A stretch of 64,000 nt of DNA from Squalus acanthias (taxonomy: Eukaryota), in NCBI GenBank assembly GCA_030390025.1, contig CM059432.1, positions 5,642,001 to 5,706,000 of the forward strand, read 5' to 3'. The position numbers were made by a program, and so were the translations under genes. Each line of letters begins with the position of its first letter. Position 1 is the first letter of the stretch. Below are positions 36,921 through 49,012 of the stretch, piece after piece. The notes under the pieces were generated by a model. It did no database searches. It was given only the letters and a program-made list of their open reading frames with translations, and was not told the origin of the DNA.

Positions 36921-38780
36921 TACAGAAGTTCCACAACCTCCTGAAGAAATTATTGGAGCCGTAGGAAGAAGTTTAAAAATAACTTTTGTGAAGCAACTGC
37001 ATATACACAAGTAACAATGCCTTGTGTGCAGGTTAACTTTTTATTTGCTTTGCTCACTTCTGAATTGACTAGGGAAGCTCTATAAAAGAGTGATAGCAAA
37101 TTTAATGACTTCACCTCTTGCTCAGGTGAGCGGGAGTAATCTCTTGTTCTGCTGCCCATGTCCTAACACGCACCAAGTCCCGTTCACCCATCACCCGTGT
37201 GCTCACTGACCAGTTAAGCAATGCCTTGATTTTAAAATTCTCCTCGTTTTCAAATCCGTCCCTCCCTATCTCTGTAATCTCCTCCAGCCCCACAGCCCTC
37301 CGAGATCTCAGCGCTCCTCCAATTCTGGCCTCTTGAGCATCCCTGATTATAATCGCTCAACCACTGGTGGCCGTGCCTTCAGCTGCCAAGGCCCTAACCT
37401 CTGGAATTCCCTCCCTAAACCTCTCCGCCTCGCTACCTCTCTCCTCCTTTAAGATGCTCCTTAAACCCTACCTCTTCAACCAAGCTTTTGGTCACCTGCC
37501 CTAATTTCTCCTTACGCAGTTCAGTGTCCGATTTTATTTGATAACGCTCATGTGAAGTGCCTTGGGACGTTTTACTATGTTAAAGGCGCTATATAAATAC
37601 AAGCTGTTGTTGTTCAGCCTGATGTGTTTACCACTTCTCTCTTCAGTATCAGCGCCACCTTGGCACTGCTATCTGCAGCATGAGTGCAAACCCACCAACT
37701 TTATAACTCACTTGCAACAATTTCCAACACACCAAGGGTTTTACATTATTGCAAAGGTCAGCGGTGAAGTCTGCAAAGTACAAATAAAAAAAAACTAATT
37801 CTATTTATCTTGTTCCCCAGTCTTCCCAACCCTGGATTGCTGAGTGTTCACCAATGTTTGCCTGAGATGACATTTTTAAATCTCACATTGAAGGATTAAG
37901 TCCTCTACATAAAGTCCTTGCTTAGCTTCTATGACAACGGAATACTGCAGAGATTTTTTTGGTGCAAGATTGATGCCTTCTGTATGAAGCAAGGGCAGAG
38001 AGCCATGTTGTTGTTGTTCCATCTTATTGCATAATTTTATTAAATGTTCTTTAATTTTTTTTAACTCTGCATTGTGCCTAGAAGTTTATTTGTCTTAAAG
38101 ATGCTGAACCCCTCTCTCTCTTTGTTGGCCTGCAATCATTATACAGTAAATTCCATGATTTTTAAATTTATACAAATGTTTTGCGACAGGATATTATTTT
38201 GACACTTTTCTAATTAAGCATTCGGTAAATTCTAATGTATATGATAGCACACCCCTTTTATCTTGTGCAACAAGATTGTGTTATGCTTAATTTTTGTATA
38301 ATTAACAAAAAATTACTACGGTGTATCTATATTCATCCATGTTTCAGATTTTTTTTCATTCTTGGGATGTGCGTGTCGCTGGCAAGGCTGGCATTTATTG
38401 CCCATCCCAGTTGCCCTGCGAAGGTGATGGTGGGCTTCCTTGCTAAACCACAGCAGTCCATGTGATGATAACTGAGTGGCTTGCTAGGCCACCCCTGAGG
38501 GTATTTAAGAGTTGACCACGTTCGTGCAGGACTGGAGTCACACAGGCTGGACCGAGCAAGCCTCTCAGTAGTCCACTACAAAAAAACTGCAGCGGTTCAA
38601 AAAGGTGGCTCACCAGCGCATTCTCGAGGACAATTAGGGGATGGGCAATAAATGCAGGTCTTGCCAACGACGCCCACATCCCGTGAATGAATAATAAAAA
38701 AGAAGTTCATTATGTATTTCTTGTGTGTAAATTTTGTTGTGAAATTTAATTAATTAAAATTTTTTTTTTTTTGTAAAGCC

Positions 38781-38949
38781 ATGTCTGGAGTCAGTCGAAA
38801 AGAAAAGAAATATGCCAAGATGAGGAGAAACCAGCCCAGCAATATCACCTTTTCCTCATCTGATGCAGGGGCTGGCAGATCTGGAATGGGACGATCCGAC
38901 TCACAGACTGATAATCCACGTGAAGGCTGGTTTACACGCCATCGTGGAG
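38781..38949 (+). CDS. POP1: POP1 exon 2, first coding exon (MSGVSRKEKKYAKMRRNQPSNITFSSS...RHRG)
   Basis: Acceptor ttgtaaag|ccATG; RNQPSNIT resembles the POP1 N-terminus; donor G|gtacaa, phase 1. Confidence 0.88.
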
Positions 38950-39829
38950 GTACAAAATGTTTGTATAGTCTGAAGTTTTGAGCAGCCTGTACTTGGTTTA
39001 TGGGTGAAAAATAAAAGTACTGATCCAGTCACGTTGGTAAAGTATGTGTTATCTGTGGGTCCTTACGGCTTTGCTCCATCCTCCGTTGCAATCTTGTCTA
39101 GCCATACACCCTAATTCAAGCTGCCTGCTTTTGAGTCTGCAATACTGTGCACCCCTTCCTCCCTCCGTTCCACCACTAGTGGCAGAGCCTTTAGCAATCA
39201 CACCCCTGTACTCTGGAATTCCAATGCTCTCCTGACCACCCTCCATAAACTTGAGCTCATCCAAACCTCTGCTGCCCGTGTCCTAACTCGCACCATGTCC
39301 CATCACCCCTGTGCTCGCTGACCTACATTGGCCCCCGTCCAGCAACACCTCGATTTTAAAATTCTCATCCTTGTTTTCAAATCCCTCCACGGCCTCGCCC
39401 CTCCCTATCTCTAATCTCCTCCAGCCCTACAACGCCCCCCGAGATATCTGCGCTCCTCTAATTCTGGCTTCTTGCGCATCCCTGATTTTAATGGCTCCGC
39501 CATTGGAGGCCGTGCCTTCAGCTGCCTTGGCCCTAAGCTCAGGAATTCCCTCCCTAAACCTCTTTACCTCTCCTTCCTATTTTAAGACGCTCCTTAAAAC
39601 CTACCTCTTTGACCAAGCTTTTGGTCACCTGTCTTAATATTTTCTTATGTGGCTCGGTGTCAAATTTTGTTTGATAATCGCTCCTGTGAAGCGCCTTGGG
39701 ATGTTTTACTACGTTAAAGACGCTATATAAATAAATTGTTTGGCCCCCCCTTTTTTTTCCTCCCAGAAGCTGGCAGCTGTCCTTCATTCTGCCAGCGCAT
39801 TTCACACTTCATTTAGCCTCAACCTGTTA

Positions 39830-40075
39830 CATCAACACCTCCTCTTGCCTTGATTATCTCTTAATGTCTCTCAAGGTCTCCTAATCTCTCCTTTTGTTCT
39901 TTCATCCCCTCCCCCTTTTCCCAGCATTATCCTTGCTTTAAATCTATTTCATTTCCTGCTTTTTTCCAGTTCTGATGAAAGGTCTTCGACCTGAAACGTT
40001 AACTCTGTTTCTCTCTCCACGGATGCTGCCTGGCCTGCTGAGTTTTTCCAGCGTTTTCTGTTGTTATTCTGTATA
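39830..40075 (+). mobile_element. Penelope-like element 3' end / pseudo-LTR
   Basis: Homologous to 22935-23195. Confidence 0.7.
39968..40004 (+). ncRNA. Minimal hammerhead ribozyme motif, sense strand of POP1 intron 2 (intact core)
   Basis: AGTT-CTGATGA-A-AGGTC-TTC-GACCT-GAAA-CG-TT-AACT. Confidence 0.75.
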
Positions 40076-40448
40076 AATACAAGTTGTTGTTATCTCAAAC
40101 TGCTCTGACTTGCTATAAATATCCTTGCCTTCAAAAGCCGCCTCCTAACCTTCCTTTTTGACCATGATTACGTTGATCCTAACTTTCCACAAATCTTTCC
40201 TGTTGTCTATTCTCCCCTCCCCTTGAGCAAGTCCCCTTAGAATATTTTTACATTAAAGGTACCATATAAATGTAATTACTGCACCCGTTTTTTAAAAAAA
40301 ATAGTAAAGACTTCATTTAATTCCTGAGCCCTTCCACAGCACCGAGCCTTTTTCCAGTCAGCGTATATTTACTGCTTTTTTTAACCGAAATATATGGCCT
40401 TGCACTTACTGACATTGAATTCCATCTGTCACATTTAGCCCATTTGAC

Positions 40449-40609
40449 CAATGTTCCATTTAAGCTGCGTGGCTTCGCGGCGCTCTGCTGGTCCCACGCA
40501 GCCGGTGAGCTGGCTTTTAAATAGAAAAACAGCACATGATCGGAATTTTGAATGACCTGTGCAGCCCGTTAAAGGGGCCACGCAGCCAAAAAAATGAGAG
40601 GGAACACTG
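40449..40609. mobile_element. hAT-type MITE
   Basis: TIR CAATGTTCC...GGGAACACTG; flanks catttgac / cgttttgac. Confidence 0.65.
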
Positions 40610-42148
40610 CGTTTTGACCTTTTTTATTTTCTCATTCTCCTTTAGTTATTTCATTATTATTATAGTCCTTATAAGCCACCTCTTTAATTTTAATTGGTTT
40701 CTAACCTCTTTATTTATCCATGGTATCCCAAATCTATCAGTTATCCTTTTTAATGAATATTCTGTACATTTACCATCTCTTTTATATAAAAAAAAATAGT
40801 CCTAAGTGCCAATTTCTCCTTCCACCTCACCTCAGCCAGCTCGCTCTTCATCTTTCGAAAATCTGCCTTAATGCAGTCTGGTGTTCTAGCTTTTGTATTG
40901 CCTCCCCCCGCAGTGCCAGACTGGGGAGAGGGCTCACTAACCTGCTGGAATCGTTAGTGGAGCTCGGGCCTCTTTCCAGATTTATAATGTGAACTTGGTA
41001 ATGGGTTTTTCTATCTTTTTTGTCTCTTGCTAGGGCTTGTGAAGAACAGATTGGAAAGGGAAATGGATTGGGTAACTGGAGTCTTTGCTGGGATGTCCTT
41101 GTATTGTGTATGTAAAATCTTGGTCATTTGCTGAAGTTGAAGAAGTAGATATTCTCTTTGTCTGGAGTAGTGTAGTTTTTTTTTACTCGTTAATGGGATG
41201 TGGGCGTTGCTGGCAAGGTCAGCATTTATTGCCCATCCCTAACTGCCCTTGAGAAGGTGATGGTGAGCCGCCTTCTTGAACTGCTGCAGTCCGTGTGGTG
41301 AAGATACTCCCACAGTGCTCTTAGGGGAGGGAATTCCAGGATTTTGACCCAGCGACGATGAAGGATTGGCGACATACTTCTAAGTCAGGATGGTGTGTGA
41401 CTTGGAGGGGAACTTGGAGGTGGTGGAGTTCCCATGCGCCTGCTGCCCTTGTCCTTCTAGGTGGAAGAGGTCGCGGGTTTGGGAGGTGCTGTCAAAGACG
41501 CCTTGGCGAGTTGCTGCAGTGCATCTTGTAGATGGTACACACTGCAGCCACGGTACGCCGGTGGTGGAGGGAGTGAATGTTTAAGGTGGTGGATGCTTTG
41601 CCCTGGATGGTGTCGAGCTTACTGAGCGTTGTTGGAGGGTTGTTCAGAGCTGTGCACTTACTGATGTATGGGGCAGCCTTTAGTGCACCGGAATCTAGAA
41701 TTACAAACAGGTAAGTTTCAGCTTGATTTTTATCATAAGGAAGTTGCAATATCTCGGGTTCAGGCTTAACAAATTTGATTCTGGGTATTGGTGGACCTTC
41801 TCTGGCATATGTTTTTTGAAATTTGAAAATCGTCCCGATGCTTTGACTTGACATTCATGTTTATTGTTTAGTTGTTGATGTGTTCTTTCTGCCTTCCTTT
41901 TAGCCAAAGGATGATAGTTCTGGAATGATACCAGAGTAGGCCATTGAACCAGATAGTATAAATTTAGTTTCCAACAGGCAAATCAGTGCATTTATGGAGC
42001 GAGTAGGGATTGAGGCATATTGTGTGAAGGCAGGTAGCTGGGATCGAGATCTTTCAAAAAAGACAAAGACTCGTTGGCCTAATGGTCCTTTTTTTTTAAA
42101 AAACGTCTAAGAATTCAATCACTTTTGGCCTTTTCTTTTGAAATTTAG

Positions 42149-42316
42149 GTGTTAATGGCGACCATGTTCAGCAGCAGCAGGTGGGACCCAGTCATCAGCC
42201 GCCCTGTTATAGTGACCGGCAGAGAGGCTCACATAGAGGAGGATTCCGAGGATACCGAGGAAGCTCAAGAGGAAGTTATCGTGGCCATTCTCAAGAAATT
42301 CCCAAAATCCTAACTG
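42149..42316 (+). CDS. POP1: POP1 exon 3 (GVNGDHVQQQQ...RGGFRGYRG...QEIPKILT)
   Basis: Acceptor aatttag|, donor G|gtaagt; ends in QEIPK. Confidence 0.92.
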
Positions 42317-42759
42317 GTAAGTGCTCTACAGTGGACAGAATTTTACTTTATTATTACTGGAACAAATTAATTTTTAAAACGTCCGGTTCTAAAGCTCTCG
42401 TACTGTCTGGCTGTTTTATTTAATGATGCTCTTTAACCTGGGTGTCTTGTGATGGTATTGAAGAGTGAATGACCTTCAATGGGCGACTTGCATTTCCGTC
42501 AACTAATTGACTTGAGCCCTGAATTATAAATGCCAGTTTTGCTCAGCAACTTTACTTCATTGTTGGATCCTCAAATTATTCAGCAATACCCTCCATTCAC
42601 ACGCCCTCACCTCACAGAACCTTCATTTTTCTCCTTGTAATGGCTGAATGACTACATATTGGTCTCCTTCATGTCCTTCTATTCGGGCAATGACAATATT
42701 GGGGTTCAAATTCTGATGCGCTGTTGCTTGGTGCATACCTGGAGCGCATAATGCCAAAT

Positions 42760-43075
42760 TTCATAGAATAGAATAGTACAGCACAGAAGGAGGCCATTCA
42801 GCCCATCGACTCTGCACCGGCTCTTTTCGAAGAGCAATCCAGTTAGTCCCATTCCTCCCGCTCTTTCCCCATATCCCTGCAATTTTTCTCCTTCCAGTAT
42901 TTATCCAATTCCCTTTTGAAAGCTACTATTGACTCTGTATCCACTGCCCTTTCAGGCAGTGCATTCCAAATCCTAACAACTCATTGCATAAAAAATGTTT
43001 TTCCTCATGTCGCCTCTGGTTCTTTTGCCAATCACCTTAAATCAGCGCCCTCTGGTTATCAACCCTTCAGCCATT
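42760..43075 (-). mobile_element. CR1 3' fragment
   Basis: CR1 tail (atagaat)n-acagcacagaaggaggccattcagccc; homologous to 360-600. Confidence 0.75.
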
Positions 43076-43107
43076 CGTCAAAGGTCATCGACCTGAAACG
43101 TTAACTC

Positions 43108-43110
<3 letters not shown>

Positions 43111-43163
<53 letters not shown>

Positions 43164-43203
43164 TCTCCCTCTCTCCCTCTCTCCCTGTCTCCCTGTCTCT
43201 GTG

Positions 43204-43236
<33 letters not shown>

Positions 43237-43491
43237 GTCTCTGTCTCTGTCTCTCCCTCTCTCTCTCTTTCCCTCTCCCTCTGTCTCTCCCTCTGTCTCT
43301 CCCTCTGTCTCTCTCTCTGTCTCTCTCTCTGTCTCTCTCTCTGTCTCTCTCTCTGTCTCTCTCTCTGTCTCTCTCTCTGTCTCTCTCTGTCTCTCTCTCT
43401 GTCTCTCTCTCTGTCTCTCTCTCTGTCTCTCTCTCTGTCTCTCTCTCTGTCTCTCTCTCTGTCTCTCTCTCTGTCTCCCTCTCTGTCTCTG

Positions 43492-43585
<94 letters not shown>

Positions 43586-43738
43586 CCTCTCTCCCTATCT
43601 CCCTGTCTCTGTGTCTCTCTCTCTCTCTCTCTGTCTCTGTCTCTGTCTCTGTCTCTGTCTCTGTCTCTGTCTCTGTCTCTCCCTCTCTCCCTCTCTCTCT
43701 CTCCCTCTCCCTCTCTCTCTGTCTCTCTCTCTGTCTCC

Positions 43739-43773
<35 letters not shown>
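43111..43773. repeat. Compound (CT)n/(CTCTGT)n/(CTCTCTCTCTGT)n microsatellite, ~660 bp
   Basis: Directly visible; source of the ER- and SL-repeat pseudo-ORFs. Confidence 0.98.
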
Positions 43774-43778
<5 letters not shown>

Positions 43779-43864
43779 TGCCTGACCTGCTGAGTATTTC
43801 CAGCATTGTCTGTTTTTATTTCAGATTTCCAGCATCTGCAGTATTTTGCTTTGTAGTAGTGCAG

Positions 43865-44985
43865 TTTTTGTGTCTATGATCTTTCGAAAGGCGTTTAATA
43901 AAGTGTCATATAATAAACTTGTTGGCAAAATTGAAGCCCATGGGGTTAAAGGGACAGTGGCAGCATGGATACGAATTTGGCTAACGGACAGAAAGCCAAG
44001 AGTATTGGTGAACGGTTGTTTTTCAGACTGGAAGGAAGTATACAGTGGTGTTCCCCAGGGGTCGGTATTGGGACCACTGCTCTTTTTGATGTATATTAAT
44101 TACCTGGACTAGGGTATAAAGAGCATAATTTAAAAATTTGCAGATGAGACAAAACTCGGAAATGTAGTAAACAACAAGGTAGCAGACTTCAGGAGAACGT
44201 GGACAGACTGGTGAAATTTAATGCAGAGAAGTGTGAAGTAACTTTTGGTACGAAGAATGAGGAGAGGCAATATTAACTAAATGGTATAATCTTAAAGGAG
44301 TGCAGGAACAGAGACACCTGGGGGTGTATGTACACAAATCTTTGAAGGTGGCAGGATAAGTTGAGAAGGCTGTTAAAAAGGCATATGGGATCCTTGGTTT
44401 TACTAATAGAGTCCAAAAGCAAGGAAGTTGTGCTGAACCTTTATAAAACACTGGTTAGGCCCCAACTGGAGTATTGTGCCCAATTCTGGGCACCACGCTT
44501 TAGGAGGGTGTCGAGGCCTTAGAGAGGGTGCACAAGAGATTTACCAGAATGGTACCAGGGATGAGGGACTTCAGTTATGTGGAGAGACTAGAAATGCTGG
44601 GATTGTTCTTCTTAGAACAAAGAAGATTAAGAGAAGATTTGATAGCGGTGCTCAAAATCATGAAGGTTTTGATAGAGTAAATAAGGAGAAACTGTTTCCA
44701 GTGGCAGAAGGGTTGCTAACCAGAGGAGACAGATTTAAGATGATTGGCAAAACAACCAGAGGCGACATGAGGAGGAAAAAATTACGCAGCGAGTTGTTAT
44801 GATCTGGAATGCGCTGCCTGAAAGGGCGGTGGAACCAGATTTAATAGTAGCTTTCAAAAGCGAATTTGATAAATACTTGAAAGGGAGAAATTTGCAGTCT
44901 ATGGGGAAAGAGCAGGGAAGTGGGACTGACTGGAGAGCTCTTTTAAAGAATGGCTTCCTGTGGTGTATCATTCTATGATTCCATG
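43865..44985 (+). mobile_element. Degraded CR1 LINE (RT to 3' tail)
   Basis: KAFNKV, SGVPQGSVLGPLLF, KFADETK; multiple frameshifts. Confidence 0.88.
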
Positions 44986-45266
44986 AAAGCAAGTTCTGGA
45001 ATTAGCCTCCGTGGGCTAGGAAAATTTACCAGCAGTGGAAGTGTGTATGAAGGCTTTAATAGCAAATAACTTGGCAAAATTTATCGTCCAAGGTTTGCAA
45101 AGTATTGAAGTGACGTGGCTTGTGAAGTTGCCAGCTTCAGGAGAAGAAGGTGTAAAGGGGAGGAAATTGGAGAGGAAACCTGAAGGGGACAGAAGTTGGA
45201 AAAAGGAAACTTTTGTCGTCTTAAAATCGTAAATCCATTTCTTAACATTTATTTTTCATATTGCAG

Positions 45267-45439
45267 CAACAAATTTTGCTCAAGCCCGTGCTGCCGAAAT
45301 CAATGCCATGTTAAAAGCAGTCACGCACAAATCTAGTTCTCAGTTTCTGCAGTCCCTACCACCACAGATGCGCAGAAGAGCTATGAGTCACAATATTAAA
45401 CGTCTGCCACGAAGGCTTCGAGAAATTGCAAAGAAAGAG
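45267..45439 (+). CDS. POP1: POP1 exon 4 ([19 protein letters not shown]...[24 protein letters not shown])
   Basis: Acceptor ttgcag|, donor GAG|gtaaat; conserved Arg-rich POP1 motif. Confidence 0.97.
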
Positions 45440-45614
45440 GTAAATCTATTACAAGTGAATCAAAGTGATCAATACCTGGAAGGGTCTTTCTGGGTGGAGT
45501 AATGGAGGCAAAAACTCTGAAGCCATTCAGTTCTCAGTTACTTGCTATGATTGGGGCATTATGAGTTTTAATGGAAGGAAGACCTAGTTGGGATGAATGG
45601 CCTCCCGGATCTGT

Positions 45615-45930
45615 AATAAAAACAGAAAATGCTGAAAATACTCAGCAGGTCGAGCAACATCTGTAGAGAGAGAAACAGAGTTAATGTTTTCAGGTCGGTG
45701 ACCTTTCGTCAGAACTGGAAAAAGTTAGAGATATAACCGGCTTTAAGCAATTGCATAAGCTGGGGGAGGGGAGGAAAGAACAAACGAGAAGGTCTGTGAC
45801 AGGGTGGAAGGCGGGAGAGATTAAAAGACAAACGGGATGATGGTGCGAGGCAAAAGGAATAGCAGAATTAGCAACAGCTGCTGTCTGGGGGGGGTGGAAA
45901 ATGGGGGCAGAGGTTATGATCTGAAATTGG
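45615..45930 (-). mobile_element. Penelope-like element 3' end with an altered hammerhead
   Basis: Reverse complement reads ccagttctgacgaaaggtcaccgacctgaaaacattaactc, with a leader homologous to 22935-23060. Confidence 0.7.
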
Positions 45931-46414
45931 CCTCCCGTGTCTGTACTTCCCTTTTGTGATTGTAAAGCAAATTACAGGTTCTAGTTAACATAACCTTTAT
46001 GCTGAAGGTGAATAAAGAAGCCTGGGCTCCCTTGTTGGATCAGCAGATTTATCATTAAGTAGCACAGCTCTATTAGATTGTAGCAGTTGCTAATGTAAAT
46101 AGTTAATGTTCACTTGGTGCTATAGTAGCATTCAACTCTCAGCATAGCTTCCACATGCTGATGGCTTTGCTACTACATTGCATATTGTGCATGAAGTAGT
46201 TATTGGTAGATTCTCATTCCGATTTATGTTGTGAATTTTACTAAGGTCTTGCCTTGATTGTTTCAGGGTGCGGAACAAATTTTCTTTTATAAGCTGAAGT
46301 ACAGCTGTTTTAAAACTACAGTGAGAATGTTGTCCTGTGCTGAAATAGATAAACTTTATTCAAGTATTGATGATACAGATAATTATGGTTTGTCATTTGT
46401 TGAGTGGTCAATGT

Positions 46415-46850
46415 ACGAGTCAGAAGGTTGTGGGTTCAAGTCCCACTCCAAGGACTTGAGCACAGAAAGCTAGGCTGACACTCTATTGCAGTGCTGAGGG
46501 AGTGCAACACTGTCGGAGGTGCCGTCTTTCGGATGAGACGTTAAACCAAGGCCCTGTCTGTACGCTCAGGTGGACATAAAAGATCCCACGGCCACTATTT
46601 CGAAGAAGAGCAGGGGAGTTATCCCCGGTGTCCTGGGCCAATATTTATACCCTCAATCAACATCACTAAAACAGATTATCTGGTCATTATCACACTGCTG
46701 TTTGTGGGAGCTTGCTGTGCGCAAATTGGCTGCCTTGTTTCCTACATTAAAACAGTGACTACACTTCAAAAAGTACTTCATTGGCTGTAAAGCGTTTTGG
46801 GACGTCTGGTGGTTGTGAAAGGTGCTATAGGAATGCAAGTCTGTCTTTCT
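46415..46850 (+). mobile_element. DeuSINE (SacSINE1-like)
   Basis: B box, Deu core and tail as in 28627-29087. Confidence 0.85.
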
Positions 46851-46927
46851 TTACGCGAAAGAAGAGTTTGAAAATGCTTTGTGAAAGCCCTGATTGAGCA
46901 ACTTACTGACCAGGCCTTTTCTGACAG

Positions 46928-47176
46928 GTAGAAAAGATTGCACATCTGAAAAAAGAGCAATCAAAAAGCAAGTCTCGTAAAGCCCGTCGACGACATGGCA
47001 ACTTGTTACTGGAATTTAACCGAAGGCAGCGGAAAAACATTTGGCTGGAGACTCACATATGGCATGCAAAAAGATTCCACATGGTCAAAAAGTGGGGATA
47101 CTGTTTGGGCAATAAACCAACCACTAAAAGTTACAGAGCATGTTACCGTGCCATGACGAAGCATTGCCTTCTGCAG
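46928..47176 (+). CDS. POP1: POP1 exon 5 (VEKIAHLK...[23 protein letters not shown]...HCLLQ)
   Basis: Acceptor ctgacag|, donor CAG|gtaccc; Trp-rich POP1 motif; 249 nt. Confidence 0.97.
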
Positions 47177-48134
47177 GTACCCTAAAATCTGTCTGATGTT
47201 TTTATCATTCTGTGGAGGAGAATTATATTCTATACTATAAGATGTAAATTACATTTTTCAAATCCCTATAATTGAATGTTGTTTACAAATTCATCTTTGC
47301 TAAAAATGTTATGAAGCTATTTTAATATTTAATGTCCCCCGCACCCCTTTCCTTCTCCTTCCCCCCCCAAGTCACACACCATCCTGACTTGGAAGTATAT
47401 CACCGTTCCTTCATCGTCGCGGGGTCAAAATCCTGGAACACTCTCCCTAACAGCACTGTGGGACTATCTACACCACATGGACTGCAGCGGTTCAAGAAGG
47501 CGACTCACTGCCACCTTCTCGAGGGCAACTAGGGATGGGCAATAAATGCTGGGCTTGCCAGCGACGCCCACATCCCAGGAACGAATTTAAAAAAAATGTA
47601 TGGGAGAGAAAGATCATTTACAAGCAAAGGGAGAATTCTGGATGAGTATTGTATAAGTGCCAGCATTGTTCAGCATCTTCACTGAATGGTTATGATAATC
47701 TGAAAGCTCGGGACAACGTTCTGTCTCAATTTATTTCTTCCTGCTTCTCAACTGACCCTAATCTCTCAGTCACGGTGATTTTTACATAAGGTGTTTAATC
47801 GTGCAATGGCCTTGAAGGGCAATCACTTTTAGATGTAGCAGTTGAGCTGCAGAAGAATAATGAAATAATTTAGAAACTGTTATAAATTTATTAGTAGCTC
47901 ACTACATGGACTTGTAATGTGCCATAATTCAGTTACTCTGTTTTGATAGGTTTATGAAGAGAGCTATGTTCAACTCTATTCTGTAAAAGATTAATTGCAT
48001 TTTAGTGGAGGCTGCAATTGAAATTTGTCCTCTGACATTTTGTCTAGAAATTAATCTACTCCGCTGTCTAAAACAGAGAGAAAAAAATATTTAGATGGAG
48101 CTTCCAGCTAGATTGTTCACAGGATTTTGTGTCT

Positions 48135-48592
48135 GCTGTGGTTCAGTGGGTAGCACCCTCCCTCCTAGTCACAAGGTTGTGGGTTTAAGTCCCACTCCAG
48201 GGACTTGAGCACAAAAATCTAGGCTGACGTCCAGTGCAGTACCGAGGGAGCGCTGCACTGTCGGAGATGTTGTCTTTCGGATGAAATGTTAAACTGAGAC
48301 CCAGTCTGCTCTTCCAGGTGGGTGTAAAAGATCCCATGGCACTATTTTGAAGAAGAGCAGGGGAGTTATCCCCGGTGTCCTGACCAATATTTATCCCTCA
48401 ATCAGCATAATTTATGTGGGATTATCACATTGCTGTTTGTGGGAGCTTGCTGTGTGCAAATTGGCTGCTGCGTTTCCTACATTACAACAGTGACTACACT
48501 TCAAAAATAAAAGTACTTCATTGGCTGTACTTCAAAGCGCTTTGGGATGTCCTGAGGTTGTGAAAGGCGCTACAGAAATGCAAGTCTTTTTT
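48135..48592 (+). mobile_element. DeuSINE (SacSINE1-like)
   Basis: Head, Deu core and tail as in 28627-29087. Confidence 0.85.
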
Positions 48593-48924
48593 GCGTGCAA
48601 GACGATGGTTCTCGTGTACTATGATCCAACTGTGAGAGAATTTTTGTCCACACAGTTTAACAAGTGCATTTTGTAACTTTTCTAAATCTCCTAAAAGTGA
48701 AATTATATTGAAGACTGTAAATATTCAAGATCAGGACTATTTTGTCTTGTGTACTTTTTTGGGTAAAGGATAACTATATTTATCTGGACAACACAAAGAT
48801 AATTGTTTGAATCAATTCAGATAGAGATATCACTGTTTATAATTGCCAGTTTATATTCTGGGAGCTTTTGGCCGTAGTTTTCATTAGTAATCTTTCGAGG
48901 TGTTTTTGTATGCATTTCTTTCAG

Positions 48925-49012
48925 GATTTGTCTTACTATTGCTGCTTGGAGCTGAATGGTACGGAGGAGAATCTCCTGGCGGCTCTTGCACCTTTGAGTA
49001 GTAGAGATGCAG
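48925..49012 (+). CDS. POP1: POP1 exon 6 (DLSYYCCLELNGTEENLLAALAPLSSRDA)
   Basis: Acceptor ctttcag|, donor G|gtattt; 88 nt. Confidence 0.96.

Noticed and set aside
43078..43806. 242-aa ER-rich and 194-aa SL-rich ORFs
   Set aside because: Translations of a CT/GA microsatellite.
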